A stretch of 64,000 bases of DNA from a virus. The notes below the pieces were generated by a model. That model saw only the letters and a list, made by a program, of their open reading frames with translations, ran no database searches and had not been told where the DNA came from. How positions within the stretch are numbered: the stretch's first letter is position 1; each line of letters starts with the position of its first letter. Positions 62,718 to 64,000 of this stretch are shown here, one piece after another. A program made the position numbers and the translations under genes. The DNA lies in IMG/VR virus record IMGVR_UViG_3300010413_000009, positions 17,629-81,628 of that record. One strand, 5' to 3'.

Positions 62718-63047
62718 CTAGATAACAACGCGCTTGACTGCGCCGTGTCCGTCACGCCACTGCACTTTAAGCCCGGTGCAGTTGAGTCGCTCTTTAAGTG
62801 TCGCGATTTGCTGCTCTGGAAGTGATACGATCATGCGTTTGAGCATGTTATAGTCGATGTTTTCGGCAACCTTCGTTGCCGCAGGCGCCTGTCGCCGCCC
62901 TGGACATCCCCCACAGGATCGTACCTTGACCGCACGTGCGCCTGCGCGTGTTCGCGGAGGATTGGTGATGCACGAGAACTCACGAAAATCTGAATTCGTG
63001 AGCATCTTATCAAGAACAGGTTGTGCCAAGAGTACAATGCGCGCCAT
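62718..63047 (-). CDS. Hypothetical protein.
   Basis: 109-aa ORF. Confidence 0.4.
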   Translation of the reverse strand: MARIVLLAQPVLDKMLTNSDFREFSCITNPPRTRAGARAVKVRSCGGCPGRRQAPAATKVAENIDYNMLKRMIVSLPEQQIATLKERLNCTGLKVQWRDGHGAVKRVVI

Positions 63048-63058
63048 CTGAGGTCTCT

Positions 63059-63496
63059 TTAGGTTGCTACGATGTCAACCACCGTGCCCAGTTCGAGTTC
63101 TTGCCCATCCTGAATGGTCTGAACTAGCTCTTCTACTTGCGTTTTGATCAACGTCCAAACCTCGGTGGCAATTGATTCACTGTCGACCACGATATCGAAG
63201 TACGAAAGCCGGAATCCGGCCGGACTGGTATCGCTTTCGGGTTCGCCGACGGGTAGTTCTTCCATATCAGGCCACGAACAGACACCTGAGAATACACTTT
63301 CAATCTTACCCTGCAGGTTTAGCGGCTTCTGATAGAAGCGGAAGATCTCTCTGTCCATACCGCAAGCCTCACTGGCCTCGACACGAATGCGAAATCCGAC
63401 ACTCGTGCCGATTGTGTAGTCCTTCTGGAAGTACGGTGTCAGCGTGACACGTACATTTGGACCACAACTACTACCTGACTCGCTAGACATGGACAT
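63059..63496 (-). CDS. Hypothetical protein.
   Basis: 145-aa coding-like ORF. Confidence 0.5.
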   Translation of the reverse strand: MSMSSESGSSCGPNVRVTLTPYFQKDYTIGTSVGFRIRVEASEACGMDREIFRFYQKPLNLQGKIESVFSGVCSWPDMEELPVGEPESDTSPAGFRLSYFDIVVDSESIATEVWTLIKTQVEELVQTIQDGQELELGTVVDIVAT

Positions 63497-63584
63497 TTTC
63501 GACCTCCTTGTCGAAGAATTTGCGCTGCCGCATTATACAGCAATGCGCCGCGCCTTCGGAACGCCTTCATTTGCTGTGCTCATG

Positions 63585-63983
63585 TCACAAAGGTAGTCGA
63601 AATTGATTCTTTGGGCAACCGCCTGGTATCCAATTCGGCATGCCTGTATGCAGTTCAGCAAGGCCGCGACGGCCTACACTAGACGTGAATACGTGTTTCT
63701 TGCCATGGTTCCACGCCGCCGTGCGGTATCCTTGCTGCCAAAGCTGCAATCCTACGACGTAATCGCCGCCATTATGGCCAATTTCGGGATCTGGAATGCC
63801 GGCTTGCCGCATGGTGGCGGTCTCTAGCGCCCAAAATCCGCCTGCTGCAAACCAAATGTTCTGCCCATTTGGTGCTTCCGTCTTCTGTTTGGTCTGCAAA
63901 TGGCGTCCGCGCCACCACGGTCGCGTCTTCGCCCACTCGATTTGCGACGGTTTGAACGTCCAGAACCACAAATCGCCGACCAT
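63585..63983 (-). CDS. Hypothetical protein (Trp-rich); its N-terminus may lie beyond the window edge.
   Basis: 132-aa ORF that reaches the last 20 nt of the window. Confidence 0.4.
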   Translation of the reverse strand: MVGDLWFWTFKPSQIEWAKTRPWWRGRHLQTKQKTEAPNGQNIWFAAGGFWALETATMRQAGIPDPEIGHNGGDYVVGLQLWQQGYRTAAWNHGKKHVFTSSVGRRGLAELHTGMPNWIPGGCPKNQFRLPL

Positions 63984-64000
63984 TCGCGCTTTTCTGTGGT

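Noticed and set aside
1-64000. Interpretation as a eukaryotic giant-virus fragment, prompted by MVP, Ro60 and intron-like tRNAs.
   Set aside because: Gene organisation is prokaryotic: pervasive ATGA or TGATG start-stop overlaps, Shine-Dalgarno-like spacing, a T4-type terminase large subunit, and bacterial-type class II tRNA-Ser.

Overview
This window reads as a GC-rich (~57%), gene-dense segment of a large tailed dsDNA virus, most likely a phage of a high-GC bacterium. Most genes are on the minus strand, and many starts overlap the upstream stop (ATGA or TGATG), a prokaryotic translational-coupling signature.

By hand I can support the following content.

- Nucleotide metabolism, replication and repair genes: nucleoside diphosphate kinase, a T4-like dNMP kinase, a 5'(3')-deoxyribonucleotidase-like HAD protein, a calcineurin-like phosphoesterase, RNase H, NAD-dependent DNA ligase (LigA), and an HhH-GPD glycosylase-like protein.
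- A large terminase subunit (TerL).
- An unusually large tRNA and tRNA-like array, with more than 35 elements between about 17.1 kb and 41.1 kb and again at 58.6-59.6 kb. I could assign anticodons for His, Thr, Lys, Met, Arg (x3), Gly, Ser (x4), Val, Cys?, Phe, Pro, Glu (x2), Gln (x2), Asn and Trp.
- Several aberrant tRNA-like elements: a tandem pair of D-armless Arg-like units, three Leu-anticodon tRNAs that lack the long variable arm, and split or truncated tRNA halves.
- A clear homolog of eukaryotic major vault protein (MVP), about 830 aa, with MVP repeats, an SPFH-like shoulder and a cap-helix region.
- A Ro60/Rsr orthologue (TROVE plus vWA domains). Just downstream of it are two Y-RNA-like tRNA-mimic ncRNAs of about 120-130 nt; each has a 7-bp acceptor stem, D-arm and T-arm, with a long insertion where the anticodon arm would be.
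- An SPFH/NfeD membrane pair.
- A module of a DUF2997-like protein, a DUF1257-like protein and an AAA+ ATPase.
- A protein fusing a GHKL-type ATPase domain to an HExxH motif.
- A radical-SAM enzyme next to a fucosyltransferase-like glycosyltransferase.
- A hyperacidic D/E/F-repeat protein.

I suspect the MVP homolog, the Ro60-like TROVE/vWA protein and the tRNA-like ncRNAs together form a virus-encoded vault-like or Ro-like RNP. This is a hypothesis, not something the sequence shows directly.

Coordinates of RNA genes were derived by hand from T-arm and acceptor complementarity and may be off by a few nucleotides.
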